Source: an uncultured Lachnospiraceae bacterium (GTDB lineage: Bacteria > Bacillota > Clostridia > Lachnospirales > Lachnospiraceae). Taken from it: DNA of 64,000 nt. This document shows, in pieces, positions 27,217 to 35,709 of the stretch. The translations under genes were made by a program, and so were the position numbers. The first letter of the stretch is position 1. Each line of letters begins with the position of its first letter. The notes beneath the pieces are model-generated. The model did not search any database. It had not been told where the DNA came from and worked only from the letters and a program-made list of their open reading frames with translations. Location of the stretch: assembly GCA_946612455.1 (NCBI GenBank), contig CAMOER010000008.1, positions 24,934-88,933 of the forward strand. Direction: 5' to 3'.

Positions 27217-27245
27217 CAAACCATTCTATACAGTTTTTCTCAGCC

Positions 27246-27914
27246 TCAGCTGCTTCCCTTCGGAATATACGGAATGATCGCACCAGCCACGCTGCTGATC
27301 GGCATTGTCTGCAGCAGCACCTTGCCGGGACCGGTCAGTACGGTATTAAACAGACCTTCGCCGCCGAACAATTTATTCTTCAGTCCCGGAACAGTTTGAA
27401 TATCCATGCTGACACTTTCTTCAAAGCCGGCCACATTTCCCGTGTCCACGATCAGGCTTTCCCCGGACCGCAGATCATATTCCACACATTCGCCGTCAAT
27501 CTCGACAAAAGCGATTCCGTGTCCGGAAAGCTTCTGCATGATAAAGCCTTCACCGCCGAACAGCCCGACCGTTCCTTTCTTGCGGAAATGGACGCTCAGT
27601 TTGACGGATGACTCGGATGCCAGAAATGCGGATTTCTGGAAGATCCAGCTGCCGGAGGACACATCGATCGGAAGGATCTTCCCGGGAAAGCTGGATCCGA
27701 ATGCGATCATGCCGGAACCGCCTTTCGCGGTATAGATATTCTGGAAAATACTCTCTCCGGAGAACATTCTGCCGAATCCTCCCGTACCGGATGTCTGCAT
27801 TTCCATATTCGGAGACATCCAGACCATCGAGCCTTTCTCAGTGATCATCGCTTCATTCGGCTGCAGGCTGCATTCCACGACAGGGAAAGATCCGCCTATG
27901 ATCTCATATTGCAT
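27246..27914 (-). CDS. TIGR00266 / AIM24 (DUF124) family protein
   Basis: 222 aa with the MQYEIIGGSFPVVECSL..GEAMITEKGSMVWM N-terminus and a beta-rich body typical of the AIM24 family. Confidence 0.8.
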   Translation of the reverse strand: MQYEIIGGSFPVVECSLQPNEAMITEKGSMVWMSPNMEMQTSGTGGFGRMFSGESIFQNIYTAKGGSGMIAFGSSFPGKILPIDVSSGSWIFQKSAFLASESSVKLSVHFRKKGTVGLFGGEGFIMQKLSGHGIAFVEIDGECVEYDLRSGESLIVDTGNVAGFEESVSMDIQTVPGLKNKLFGGEGLFNTVLTGPGKVLLQTMPISSVAGAIIPYIPKGSS

Positions 27915-27994
27915 TGCATACTCTCCTTTCAGTCAAAATACAATTTATATATTATAAATAGCACAATTCAATTCATAAATCAATGATTTTATTT

Positions 27995-28008
27995 CGAACA
28001 TTCGTTTG
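27995..28008. promoter_or_regulatory. LexA (Cheo) box overlapping the lexA -35 region
   Basis: CGAACATTCGTTTG has 1 mismatch to CGAAC-N4-GTTCG. A weaker second site, AGAACATACATTTG, lies at 28042-28055. Confidence 0.65.
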
Positions 28009-28034
28009 CATTTTGCCAGGATCCGTGCTACAAT
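28006..28034 (+). promoter_or_regulatory. lexA promoter
   Basis: TTGCAT, 17 nt, TACAAT. Confidence 0.55.
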
Positions 28035-28087
28035 CTCTAACAGAACATACATTTGGGTATGCGTACTATTTCCCGGAGGTCGATCGC

Positions 28088-28720
28088 ATGGCTGGCAATG
28101 ACAATCTTACCAAAAAGCAGGAACAGATCCTTGAATTCATCAGAGACCGTATTATGAAGAAAGGCTATCCGCCGGCTGTCAGAGAGATCTGTGAGGCCGT
28201 TGGCCTGAAATCCACCTCGAGTGTCCATGCCCATCTCGAAAGCCTGGAAAAGAAAGGCTTCATCCGTCGTGATCCAACGAAACCCCGTGCCATTGAGATC
28301 GTAGACGATGATTACGGCATTTATCACGGTGAGATGACCCGGATCCCGATCATCGGTCAGGTAGCCGCCGGTCAGCCCATCCTGGCGGAGGAAAATATCT
28401 CCGGTTACTATCCCTTCCCCGCGGATCAGCTGCCGAACAATGAACTGTTCATGCTCTCCGTAAAGGGCGACAGCATGGTCAATATCGGTATTCTCGACGG
28501 CGATTATGTTCTTGTCGAACAGCAGCAGACAGCGAGCAACGGCGAAGTCGTGGTTGCGCTGGTCGATGATTCCGCGACCGTCAAGCGCTTTTATAAGGAG
28601 AAGGATCATATCCGTCTGCAGCCGGAAAATGATCTCATGGATCCGATCATTGTTCCGGACTGTCAGGTGCTCGGCAGTGTGTTCGGCGTACTTCGTCTGA
28701 TGAAGAACAGAAAAATGTAA
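28088..28720 (+). CDS. lexA: SOS transcriptional repressor LexA
   Basis: ATG at 28088 after a GGAGG RBS. wHTH N-domain ([44 protein letters not shown]). S24 peptidase domain with GDSM (Ser) and VKR (Lys). Confidence 0.95.
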   Translation: MAGNDNLTKKQEQILEFIRDRIMKKGYPPAVREICEAVGLKSTSSVHAHLESLEKKGFIRRDPTKPRAIEIVDDDYGIYHGEMTRIPIIGQVAAGQPILAEENISGYYPFPADQLPNNELFMLSVKGDSMVNIGILDGDYVLVEQQQTASNGEVVVALVDDSATVKRFYKEKDHIRLQPENDLMDPIIVPDCQVLGSVFGVLRLMKNRKM

Positions 28721-28724
28721 ACAG

Positions 28725-28752
28725 AAAAAGCAGACCTTCGGGCCTGCTTTTT
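28725..28752. terminator. bidirectional terminator (lexA / rsfS)
   Basis: AAAAAGCAGACC-TTCG-GGCCTGCTTTTT, with A- and T-tracts on either side. Confidence 0.75.
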
Positions 28753-28770
28753 GCATGCAATGAATGCGGT

Positions 28771-29145
28771 TTATTCACCGATCTCTTCTTTTTCGATGAT
28801 CTTTCCGTCTCTCCAGATCCTCTCAAGATCGAACCATCTGCGGTCTTCTCTGGAAAAGACATTGACGACAATATCGCCGTAGTCCATCAGTACCCAGTTC
28901 GCAGCCTTGTAGCCTTCCAGGGAACGGCAGGCATAACCGGCTTTATACATTTTTTCCTGTACATTTTCTACAAGCGCCTGTACATGGTTTGCATTCTCAC
29001 CATTTGTGATGACATAATAATCGGCTATCGTTGAAACATCGTGAATGTCGATCACGGTGATATCGTCAGCCTTCTTCTCGTCAAGTGCGTCATAAGAGAT
29101 CTGCAGCATTTTCTTGGCGTCTTCCATACTTCTTGCGTCGCTCAC
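28771..29145 (-). CDS. rsfS: ribosome silencing factor RsfS (iojap family)
   Basis: DYYVITNGENANHVQAL..WVLMDYGDIVVNVF motifs and about 120 aa. Lies downstream of nadD/yqeK as usual. Confidence 0.9.
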   Translation of the reverse strand: MSDARSMEDAKKMLQISYDALDEKKADDITVIDIHDVSTIADYYVITNGENANHVQALVENVQEKMYKAGYACRSLEGYKAANWVLMDYGDIVVNVFSREDRRWFDLERIWRDGKIIEKEEIGE

Positions 29146-29151
29146 AGGATA

Positions 29152-30291
29152 TCACTCCTTTCTGCCGTTTACCAAATTTTTGTAATAATTATATGTTTCA
29201 ATCGAAGCCGCGTCAATACAGGTTCCGGAGTTCCTTAAATAGGAAAGTGTATCTTCCAAAATACAATATATTGTTTTGTCGGGATCAGAAAATGCAAGTT
29301 TCCGGAGCATATCCAGATGCGGTGCTCTGTCCCGGCCGGGTTCTATATAGTCGGCGATGAAGATGATTTTTTCCAATACGCTCATCTCCGCCCGTCCGGT
29401 CGTATGCCAGCGGATCGCACCGAGGATCTCGGCGTCTCTGATGCCGTACTCTTCTCTTGCGATCACAGCACCTAACGGCGCATGTCCCAGCGCATCAGCC
29501 TCAGATTTTGCACAGTCGTGCAGAAGTGCCGCCAGTCTGGCTTTTTCCGGATGCGGATAATGCCAGGCAGAAGCCAGCGCTTCTGCTGTCTCGATCACAC
29601 CGAGCGTATGCTGAAACCGGGAAGGCTTGATCCGTTTCTTCAACGAAGCAATGATCTCCGCTTCACTCTTCTGTTTCCCATACAGGCCATGTTCCGCGAT
29701 ATACCGGTTGACGGCGGGCTCCAGCATCGGATGCGGAAGCTTGCCGTCGTAGATTTCCTGTCGGATTTGAGAGGAAGACACAGGCAGATCGGACAGCGGA
29801 AGGACATGGATCACTGCACTGTAGCGGTCTTTCATGTACTGCATATCCGCCTGCAGCTGCGCCTGATCACACTGGTCTTCTCTCGTGGCAAGGATCAGCT
29901 CAGCATGACGGCAGATCACTTCCGGTGCGAACCAGGTCTTCATGCCGGCCAGGGAATCCGCGCCCAGAATAAAATACCATTTCACATCCGGACAGGCTCG
30001 CGAGAGCTCCAGAAGCGTATCGGCGGTAAACGTGTACCCCTGCCGTCTGATCTCGATGTCGGAACAGGTGAACAGCGGATCGTTCTGGATGGAAAGACGG
30101 ACCATCTCCAGTCTGTGTTTTGCGCTGGTCACATTTCCGTGCAGCGTCTTAAAATAGGAATTGCCGGTCGGGATCACCATGACCTCATCCAGCCCGAGCA
30201 TTTCCTGCGCGGCATGGCCGATGCGCTCATGGGCGAGATGGATGGGATCAAATGTTCCGCCGAGAATGCCGGTCTTTTTCATAGGCTGCAC
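29152..30291 (-). CDS. nadD: fused nicotinate-nucleotide adenylyltransferase (NadD) and HD-domain YqeK
   Basis: N-terminal GGTFDPIHLAH (HxGH-type) and ISSSQIR-like (VSSSQIR) NadD motifs. The C-terminal half has RFQHTLGV ... LLHDCAK HD-hydrolase motifs (YqeK). It is one continuous 379-aa ORF. Confidence 0.85.
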   Translation of the reverse strand: MQPMKKTGILGGTFDPIHLAHERIGHAAQEMLGLDEVMVIPTGNSYFKTLHGNVTSAKHRLEMVRLSIQNDPLFTCSDIEIRRQGYTFTADTLLELSRACPDVKWYFILGADSLAGMKTWFAPEVICRHAELILATREDQCDQAQLQADMQYMKDRYSAVIHVLPLSDLPVSSSQIRQEIYDGKLPHPMLEPAVNRYIAEHGLYGKQKSEAEIIASLKKRIKPSRFQHTLGVIETAEALASAWHYPHPEKARLAALLHDCAKSEADALGHAPLGAVIAREEYGIRDAEILGAIRWHTTGRAEMSVLEKIIFIADYIEPGRDRAPHLDMLRKLAFSDPDKTIYCILEDTLSYLRNSGTCIDAASIETYNYYKNLVNGRKE

Positions 30292-30296
30292 TCCAA

Positions 30297-30587
30297 TCAG
30301 GGAAGAACGATGGGATCCTTTTTGTCGGGGTTGGGACGGTAGAGCACGATCTTCCTTCCAATCACGGTGACGACCGTCGAACGGGTCCTGTCGGCGATGG
30401 TCTCCGCGATCTCCCGGATATCATAGCCGCAGTTCTTCAGAACATTGAGCTTGATCAGCTCTCTTGCCTTGATGGCCTCTGCAGCGGAAGCGGTCACTTC
30501 CGGCGTTGCACCGTCCTTGCCGACATGAACGACAGGATCAAGCTTTGCGGCGAGGCTCATCAGATAACTTCTCTGTTTGCTTGTCAT
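30297..30587 (-). CDS. yhbY: ribosome assembly RNA-binding protein YhbY (CRM domain)
   Basis: 96 aa. LTSKQRSYL...VHVGKDG...IKARELIKL pattern. Confidence 0.85.
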   Translation of the reverse strand: MTSKQRSYLMSLAAKLDPVVHVGKDGATPEVTASAAEAIKARELIKLNVLKNCGYDIREIAETIADRTRSTVVTVIGRKIVLYRPNPDKKDPIVLP

Positions 30588-30613
30588 TGTATTCTCCGAT
30601 CAGGATCTAATCC

Positions 30614-31900
30614 TTATTTGTAATAGTCAAAAGCGAATCCGTACATGCGGACCGTATCGCCGTCCGTGATCCCAAGCGCTTCGAGATCGTCCAGGATCCC
30701 GCGGTCTTTCAGGAACTGCTGGAAGAACAGGAAGCCTTTCTCGGATTCCAGATTGGTATAGCCGAGCATCTTTTCGATCATCGGACCTTCGATCACATAC
30801 TCTCCGTCCTCATTGACGGAAACTTCGTAGGGCAGATCCGGCACATTGTTCTTCGGAATGTATTCCTTCTCATAGACGACAGGTTCCTTGCCGATCTGCT
30901 GCAGACGCTCGTAAATCGCGTTTATAAGCTCATTTACGCCCTTTCCAGTCACAGCCGATATCGGATATACCTTCATGCCTTCGGGCCCGAATTCGGCCGT
31001 AAGACGCGCGACAGGGTCCTCTTCGCCCTCTTCCGTCTGGATAATGTCTGTTTTGTTCGCAGCGATGATCTGCGGCACCTGCATCAGTTCGGGATTGAAG
31101 CGTTCAAGTTCGGCATTGATCGCACGGATATCTTCCACGGGATCACGGCCTTCGGAACCGGAGGCATCCACGATATGCACGAGCAGTCTGGTCCGCTCGA
31201 TATGGCGCAGGAAATCATGCCCCAGTCCGATGCCTTCGGAGGCGCCGTCGATGAGTCCCGGGATGTCCGCGATCACGAAGCCTTTCCCGTTTCCCATATC
31301 CACCACGCCCAGATTCGGCTGCAGTGTAGTAAAATGATAATTTGCGATCTTCGGCCGGGCATTCGTTACTCTGGAAAGGAAGGTGGATTTGCCGACATTC
31401 GGATAGCCGAGCAGGCCGACATCCGCGATCACCTTCAGTTCCAGTTCCACCATCAGCTCCTGTCCGGGCTGTCCGGGACGGGCATACTTCGGAGCCTGCA
31501 TCGTGGAGGTTGCATAATGCATGTTGCCGGTACCGCCTCTGCCGCCCCGCAGGACGACCTCCCGCTCATTGCCGCCGGACATATCCGCGATGACTTTTCC
31601 GCTCTCTGCTTCCCGGATGACGGTGCCTTCCGGCACCTTCAGGATCAGATCCTCCGCGGAAGCACCGGTGCATCTTCTCTTTCCGCCTTCCTTGCCGTTG
31701 GCAGCGACATATTTTCTTTTGTGACGGTAATCGGAAAGCGTGTTCATGCCTTTGTCGATCACAAAGACGATGTCGCCGCCCTTTCCGCCGTCGCCGCCGT
31801 CGGGTCCGCCGTCGGGCACATAAAGCTCGCGCCGGAAGCTGACGTGGCCGTCGCCGCCGTCGCCTGATTTTATATAGATCTTTGCGTGATCAGCAAACAT
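30614..31900 (-). CDS. obg: GTPase Obg/CgtA
   Basis: MFADHAKIYIKSGDGGDGHVSFRRE Obg fold, G-domain GYPNVGKST / DIPGLI / NKTD, and a C-terminal OCT domain. ATG at 31900 follows a GGAGG RBS. Confidence 0.95.
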   Translation of the reverse strand: MFADHAKIYIKSGDGGDGHVSFRRELYVPDGGPDGGDGGKGGDIVFVIDKGMNTLSDYRHKRKYVAANGKEGGKRRCTGASAEDLILKVPEGTVIREAESGKVIADMSGGNEREVVLRGGRGGTGNMHYATSTMQAPKYARPGQPGQELMVELELKVIADVGLLGYPNVGKSTFLSRVTNARPKIANYHFTTLQPNLGVVDMGNGKGFVIADIPGLIDGASEGIGLGHDFLRHIERTRLLVHIVDASGSEGRDPVEDIRAINAELERFNPELMQVPQIIAANKTDIIQTEEGEEDPVARLTAEFGPEGMKVYPISAVTGKGVNELINAIYERLQQIGKEPVVYEKEYIPKNNVPDLPYEVSVNEDGEYVIEGPMIEKMLGYTNLESEKGFLFFQQFLKDRGILDDLEALGITDGDTVRMYGFAFDYYK

Positions 31901-31956
31901 AGTGACCTCCGTAGTGAGTAAAAAAGCCGGTGCGAAAAGCACCGGCCAAAGTGTTG

Positions 31957-32226
31957 TTATTCCGTGACTTCGGTTCTGGGGTAAACGGAGACCTGCTTTT
32001 TGTCTCTGCCCTTACGCTCAAAACGTACAACGCCGTCTGCCGTAGCAAAGAGCGTGTCATCACTTCCACGTCCGACATTCACACCGGGATGGATGTGCGT
32101 GCCGCGCTGGCGGTAAAGGATATTACCGGCCAGAACAAACTGTCCGTCTGCTCTTTTTGCTCCCAAACGCTTTGACTCGGAATCTCTTCCGTTCTTGGTG
32201 GAGCCAACTCCCTTTTTATGTGCCAT
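31957..32226 (-). CDS. rpmA: 50S ribosomal protein L27
   Basis: [29 protein letters not shown]. Starts directly at the mature N-terminus, with no propeptide. Confidence 0.95.
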   Translation of the reverse strand: MAHKKGVGSTKNGRDSESKRLGAKRADGQFVLAGNILYRQRGTHIHPGVNVGRGSDDTLFATADGVVRFERKGRDKKQVSVYPRTEVTE

Positions 32227-32248
32227 GAATGTTCACCTCCCCTTGCGA

Positions 32249-32557
32249 TTATTTCTCGATGGAATCGATCTTCAGCTTTGTGTACTGCTGTCTGTGACCG
32301 TTCTTCTTGTGATAACCGGTCTTTCTCTTGTACTTGTAAACGATGACCTTGCGTCCCTTTTCCTGTGCAAGAACGGTAGCCTTGACCTTCGCGCCCTCTA
32401 CAACGGGAGTGCCGATGGTGAAGGTATCATCACTTACAGCAAGGACCTGATCAAATTCATAAGTCTCACCTGCAGCTACATCAAGCTTCTCGACGAGGAT
32501 CACATCCCCTTCAGCGACCTTATACTGCTTGCCGCCAGTTGCAATGATTGCGTACAT
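32249..32557 (-). CDS. rplU: 50S ribosomal protein L21
   Basis: [18 protein letters not shown]... at the internal ATG 32557, preceded by a GGAGG RBS. 102 aa. Confidence 0.95.
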   Translation of the reverse strand: MYAIIATGGKQYKVAEGDVILVEKLDVAAGETYEFDQVLAVSDDTFTIGTPVVEGAKVKATVLAQEKGRKVIVYKYKRKTGYHKKNGHRQQYTKLKIDSIEK

Positions 32558-32679
32558 TGAAGTACACCTCCTGATTCGAATTCGCCGGCTTCGGTGTCCT
32601 CTCGGATCTTCGACCTTACCGTGCGTGCCGTGTGAATACACACTAGGACATATTACCATCATCTGCCGGGTAAAGTCAA
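32558..32679 (-). promoter_or_regulatory. rplU promoter plus structured 5' leader (possible L21-leader-type element)
   Basis: The minus strand has TTGACT, 18 nt, TAATAT (32679-32650), then a GC-rich leader of about 90 nt with hairpins (GTGTG-TATT-CACAC). Equating it with the known Firmicute L21 leader is not verified. Confidence 0.35.
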
Positions 32680-32680
32680 G

Positions 32681-32716
32681 CACAAAATAGCGGAGAAACC
32701 CGAAGATTTCTCCGTT
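32681..32716 (-). terminator. rho-independent terminator after glmM
   Basis: The minus strand has AACGGAGAAATC-TTCG-GGTTTCTCCGCT followed by ATTTTGTG. Confidence 0.75.
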
Positions 32717-32727
32717 ATGCAGAGGTT

Positions 32728-34074
32728 TTATTCCATATGTCCCTTTGCCTTGATCACCGCGATCACGTCATCGACATATTTCTCGCAGATCTCATCTGTA
32801 TCGGCTTCGACCATGACTCTGATCACGGGCTCGGTGCCGGACTCACGGACCAGAATACGGCCGTTGTCACCGAGTTCTTCCGCGACTTTCGCAACGGCAG
32901 CCTGCACATCCGGATCGTTCTGCGCGTCGGGCTTGCTCTTGACGCGGACGTTCTTCAGCACCTGCGGATAGAATACGACTGGGGCCGCCAGCTCGCTCAT
33001 GGGCTTCTTCTTCGCCAGCATGACCTCCATCATCTTCAGGGAAGTCAGGATGCCGTCGCCGGTCGTCTCGTACTTCGAGAAAATGATATGGCCGCTCTGT
33101 TCGCCGCCGATCCGGTGTCCGTTCGCGATCATGTTCTCATAGACATACTTGTCGCCGACTTTGGTCTTCTCATATTCGATGCCGGCTTTGTCGAGCGCCT
33201 TGTACAGTCCGAAGTTGCTCATGACGGTCGTGACGACTTTATTGTTGAGCAGCTTTCCGCGCTCCTTCATGTAGACGCCGTAGATATAGATGATGTGGTC
33301 GCCGGTGATGACATTTCCCTTTTCATCCACGCAGAGGCATCTGTCGGCATCGCCGTCAAAGGCAAATCCGACATCCAGGCCTTTCTCGACCACGAACTTC
33401 TGCAGATGCTCGATATGCGTGCTGCCGCAGTCCGTGTTGATGTTGTAGCCGTCGGGATCGTCATTCATGACATACGTCTTGGCGCCCAGCGCGTCGAAAA
33501 TGCCCTTGGCGATCTGCCAGGCCGCGCCGTTCGCAACATCCAGTCCGACCTTGACATCCTTGAAGCTGTATTTGGACATGGAGATCAGATGGCCGATATA
33601 GCGGTTGCGGCCCGCGACATAGTCGACGGTACGGCCGATATTCTCCCGTTCGGAGACCGGGATCTCCATCTTTCCGTCAATATAATCCTCGACCTTCAGG
33701 ATCGTCTCCTCATCCATCTTCTCGCCGCTTCCGTTCAGAAGCTTGATGCCGTTGTCATAGAAGGGATTGTGGGATGCGGAGATCATGATGCCGCAGTCAA
33801 AATCATCGACTCTGGTGATATAGGCGACGGACGGTGTGGTCGTAACATGCATGATATAGGCATCTGCGCCGCTGGCCATCAGGCCGGTGCAGAGGGCATA
33901 CTCGAACATGTAGGAGGATCTTCTGGTATCCTTGCCGATCACGATCTTGGCTTTCTTTCCCTGTCTGGCGCCGTAGTACCAGCCCAGGAATCTGCCGATC
34001 TTAATGGCATGGTCAAATGTCAGTGTCTTGTTGGCTTCCCCGCGGAAACCGTCTGTTCCGAAATATTTTCCCAT
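32728..34074 (-). CDS. glmM: phosphoglucosamine mutase GlmM
   Basis: [12 protein letters not shown] start, active-site [21 protein letters not shown] Mg site, GGEQSGH sugar-binding loop. Confidence 0.95.
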   Translation of the reverse strand: MGKYFGTDGFRGEANKTLTFDHAIKIGRFLGWYYGARQGKKAKIVIGKDTRRSSYMFEYALCTGLMASGADAYIMHVTTTPSVAYITRVDDFDCGIMISASHNPFYDNGIKLLNGSGEKMDEETILKVEDYIDGKMEIPVSERENIGRTVDYVAGRNRYIGHLISMSKYSFKDVKVGLDVANGAAWQIAKGIFDALGAKTYVMNDDPDGYNINTDCGSTHIEHLQKFVVEKGLDVGFAFDGDADRCLCVDEKGNVITGDHIIYIYGVYMKERGKLLNNKVVTTVMSNFGLYKALDKAGIEYEKTKVGDKYVYENMIANGHRIGGEQSGHIIFSKYETTGDGILTSLKMMEVMLAKKKPMSELAAPVVFYPQVLKNVRVKSKPDAQNDPDVQAAVAKVAEELGDNGRILVRESGTEPVIRVMVEADTDEICEKYVDDVIAVIKAKGHME

Positions 34075-34745
34075 TATTTTTTCCTCACGATCTCACCGTT
34101 GTTTTTGTGAATGCTGTACTCCGGGATCACGCCGCGGACGCAGGATGTCGGATAGACATTGCAGTGACGTCCGATCACGGTGCCGGGGTTCAGTACGGAA
34201 TTGCAGCCGACCTCCACATAGTCGCCCAGCATGGCGCCGAATTTCTTCAGGCCGGTGGGAATGTCTTCGCCCTGGTTGTGGACGACGACAAGCTGCTTAT
34301 CGGATTTCACGTTGGAAGTGATCGATCCGGCGCCCATATGGCTGTAATAGCCGAGGATGGAATCGCCGACATAATTATAATGCGGCGTCTGTACATGGTC
34401 GAACAGGATGACGTTCTTCAGCTCGCAGCTGTTGCCGACGACACAGTTCGCACCGACAAGCGCCGCGCTGCGGATGAACGCGCAGTGGCGGACTTCGGTC
34501 TCCGGTCCGATGATGCAGGGAGCGCCGAGATAAGCGGAAGGAAAGACCTTCGCGGTCTTATGGACCCAGACATGCTCGGAGACTTCTTCATAATCCTCTC
34601 CCAGCTGCGGGCCGAGGGTAAGAATCAGCTCCTTGATGCCCTTCAGTGCTTCCCAGGGATAAGTGAAGCCGCGGAGGTAATCCGCAGCGATCGTATGCTC
34701 AAGATCATACAGGTCATTGATCGTATACATAAATACTGTCCTCAT
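34074..34745 (-). CDS. left-handed beta-helix (hexapeptide-repeat) protein, GlmU-C-terminal-like acyltransferase candidate
   Basis: 223 aa with repeated [LIV]-G-x4 hexapeptide periodicity (IGPETEV, VGANCVV, VGDSIL, VGCNSVL, IGRHCNV). Start and stop overlap yvcK and glmM. Confidence 0.55.
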   Translation of the reverse strand: MRTVFMYTINDLYDLEHTIAADYLRGFTYPWEALKGIKELILTLGPQLGEDYEEVSEHVWVHKTAKVFPSAYLGAPCIIGPETEVRHCAFIRSAALVGANCVVGNSCELKNVILFDHVQTPHYNYVGDSILGYYSHMGAGSITSNVKSDKQLVVVHNQGEDIPTGLKKFGAMLGDYVEVGCNSVLNPGTVIGRHCNVYPTSCVRGVIPEYSIHKNNGEIVRKK

Positions 34746-35707
34746 TCGTATTCGTTTTCCATCAGATAGGAGAAAACCAGAAAGGCGGTGTGCAGCACTT
34801 TGTGTCTGATCTTCTCTTCTTCATCAATGCAGAAAATATCGTCTTCGATGATCCTGGTACCGAGCTCTGCAATATTCTCCCTGTCGAGCTCGACAAGCGT
34901 TTTCTTCTCGGTGACCAGATATTTCTCCGTGATCTTCGGGTCGATCCCGGCATTGTTCGCGACCACGATATCCACATTCCGGCTGCCCAGATAGCTGTTG
35001 AGGACCTTCAGATGGTCGCTCACATTGTAGCCGTCGGTCTCGCCGGGCTGGGTGACCAGGTTGGAAATATACATGATCGGCGCATCCGAATGCTCGATCG
35101 CTTTAACAATATCTTCGGCGATCAGGTGCGGCAGAATGGACGTATAAAGACTGCCGGGGCTGAAAATGATCAGATCAGCCTCTGCGATGGCTTTCTTTAC
35201 CTTCTTCGTCACATGAATATTATGGTCATAGGACAGCCTGGAGATCCTGCGGATATTCTGGCTGACGCTGACCTGCCCGAAGAACTCCTCGCCGTTCTCG
35301 TCGCTGATGCCGACAAGCTCGGCCCGCTCCTCGGTGAGCGGAAGCACTTCGCCCTTGATGTTCAGGAGATTTCCCATGTACCTGGCAGCCTCGGTGAGAC
35401 TCCCCTTCTGATCGATCAGTGCGGTCAGAAGAATATTGCGGACTGGATGATTAAAAAGCGTGGAACCTTCCTTGTGGAAACGGTAGCGAAGCAGTTTGAT
35501 CAGATCCTCATCCGCATTGGCCATGGAAAGCAGGACTTTGCCGACGTCGCCTACGGCAGGAATATCGAATTCCTTTTTCAGAACGCCGGTGCTGCTGCCA
35601 TCGTCACTCACCGTGATCACGGTCGTGACTTCGACCGGAAACAGCTTCAGTCCCGACAGGAGGCACGAGAGTCCCGTGCCTCCTCCGAAGACGATCACTT
35701 TTTTCAT
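34742..35707 (-). CDS. yvcK: YvcK-family (CofD-like) gluconeogenesis/morphogenesis factor
   Basis: MKKVIVFGGGTGLSCLLSGLK N-terminus, SNLVTQPGETDGY motif, about 320 aa. Confidence 0.85.
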   Translation of the reverse strand: MKKVIVFGGGTGLSCLLSGLKLFPVEVTTVITVSDDGSSTGVLKKEFDIPAVGDVGKVLLSMANADEDLIKLLRYRFHKEGSTLFNHPVRNILLTALIDQKGSLTEAARYMGNLLNIKGEVLPLTEERAELVGISDENGEEFFGQVSVSQNIRRISRLSYDHNIHVTKKVKKAIAEADLIIFSPGSLYTSILPHLIAEDIVKAIEHSDAPIMYISNLVTQPGETDGYNVSDHLKVLNSYLGSRNVDIVVANNAGIDPKITEKYLVTEKKTLVELDRENIAELGTRIIEDDIFCIDEEEKIRHKVLHTAFLVFSYLMENEYE

Positions 35708-35709
35708 TA

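Noticed and set aside
26543-27283. ORFs 26570..26863(+), 26543..26773(-), 26734..26937(-), 26999..27283(-), 27121..27399(+) as coding genes
   Set aside because: They have no RBS and overlap one another. They run through perfect inverted and direct repeats and terminator hairpins, their composition is atypical, and one overlaps the 3' end of the AIM24 gene. They are most likely non-coding.
25434-27914. Treating the recombinase, ncRNA and AIM24 block as an integrated mobile element
   Set aside because: I found no flanking direct repeats bracketing the block, no phage or conjugation genes, and codon/GC usage of the two proteins that looks like the surroundings. The recombinase resembles chromosomal Xer-like paralogues.
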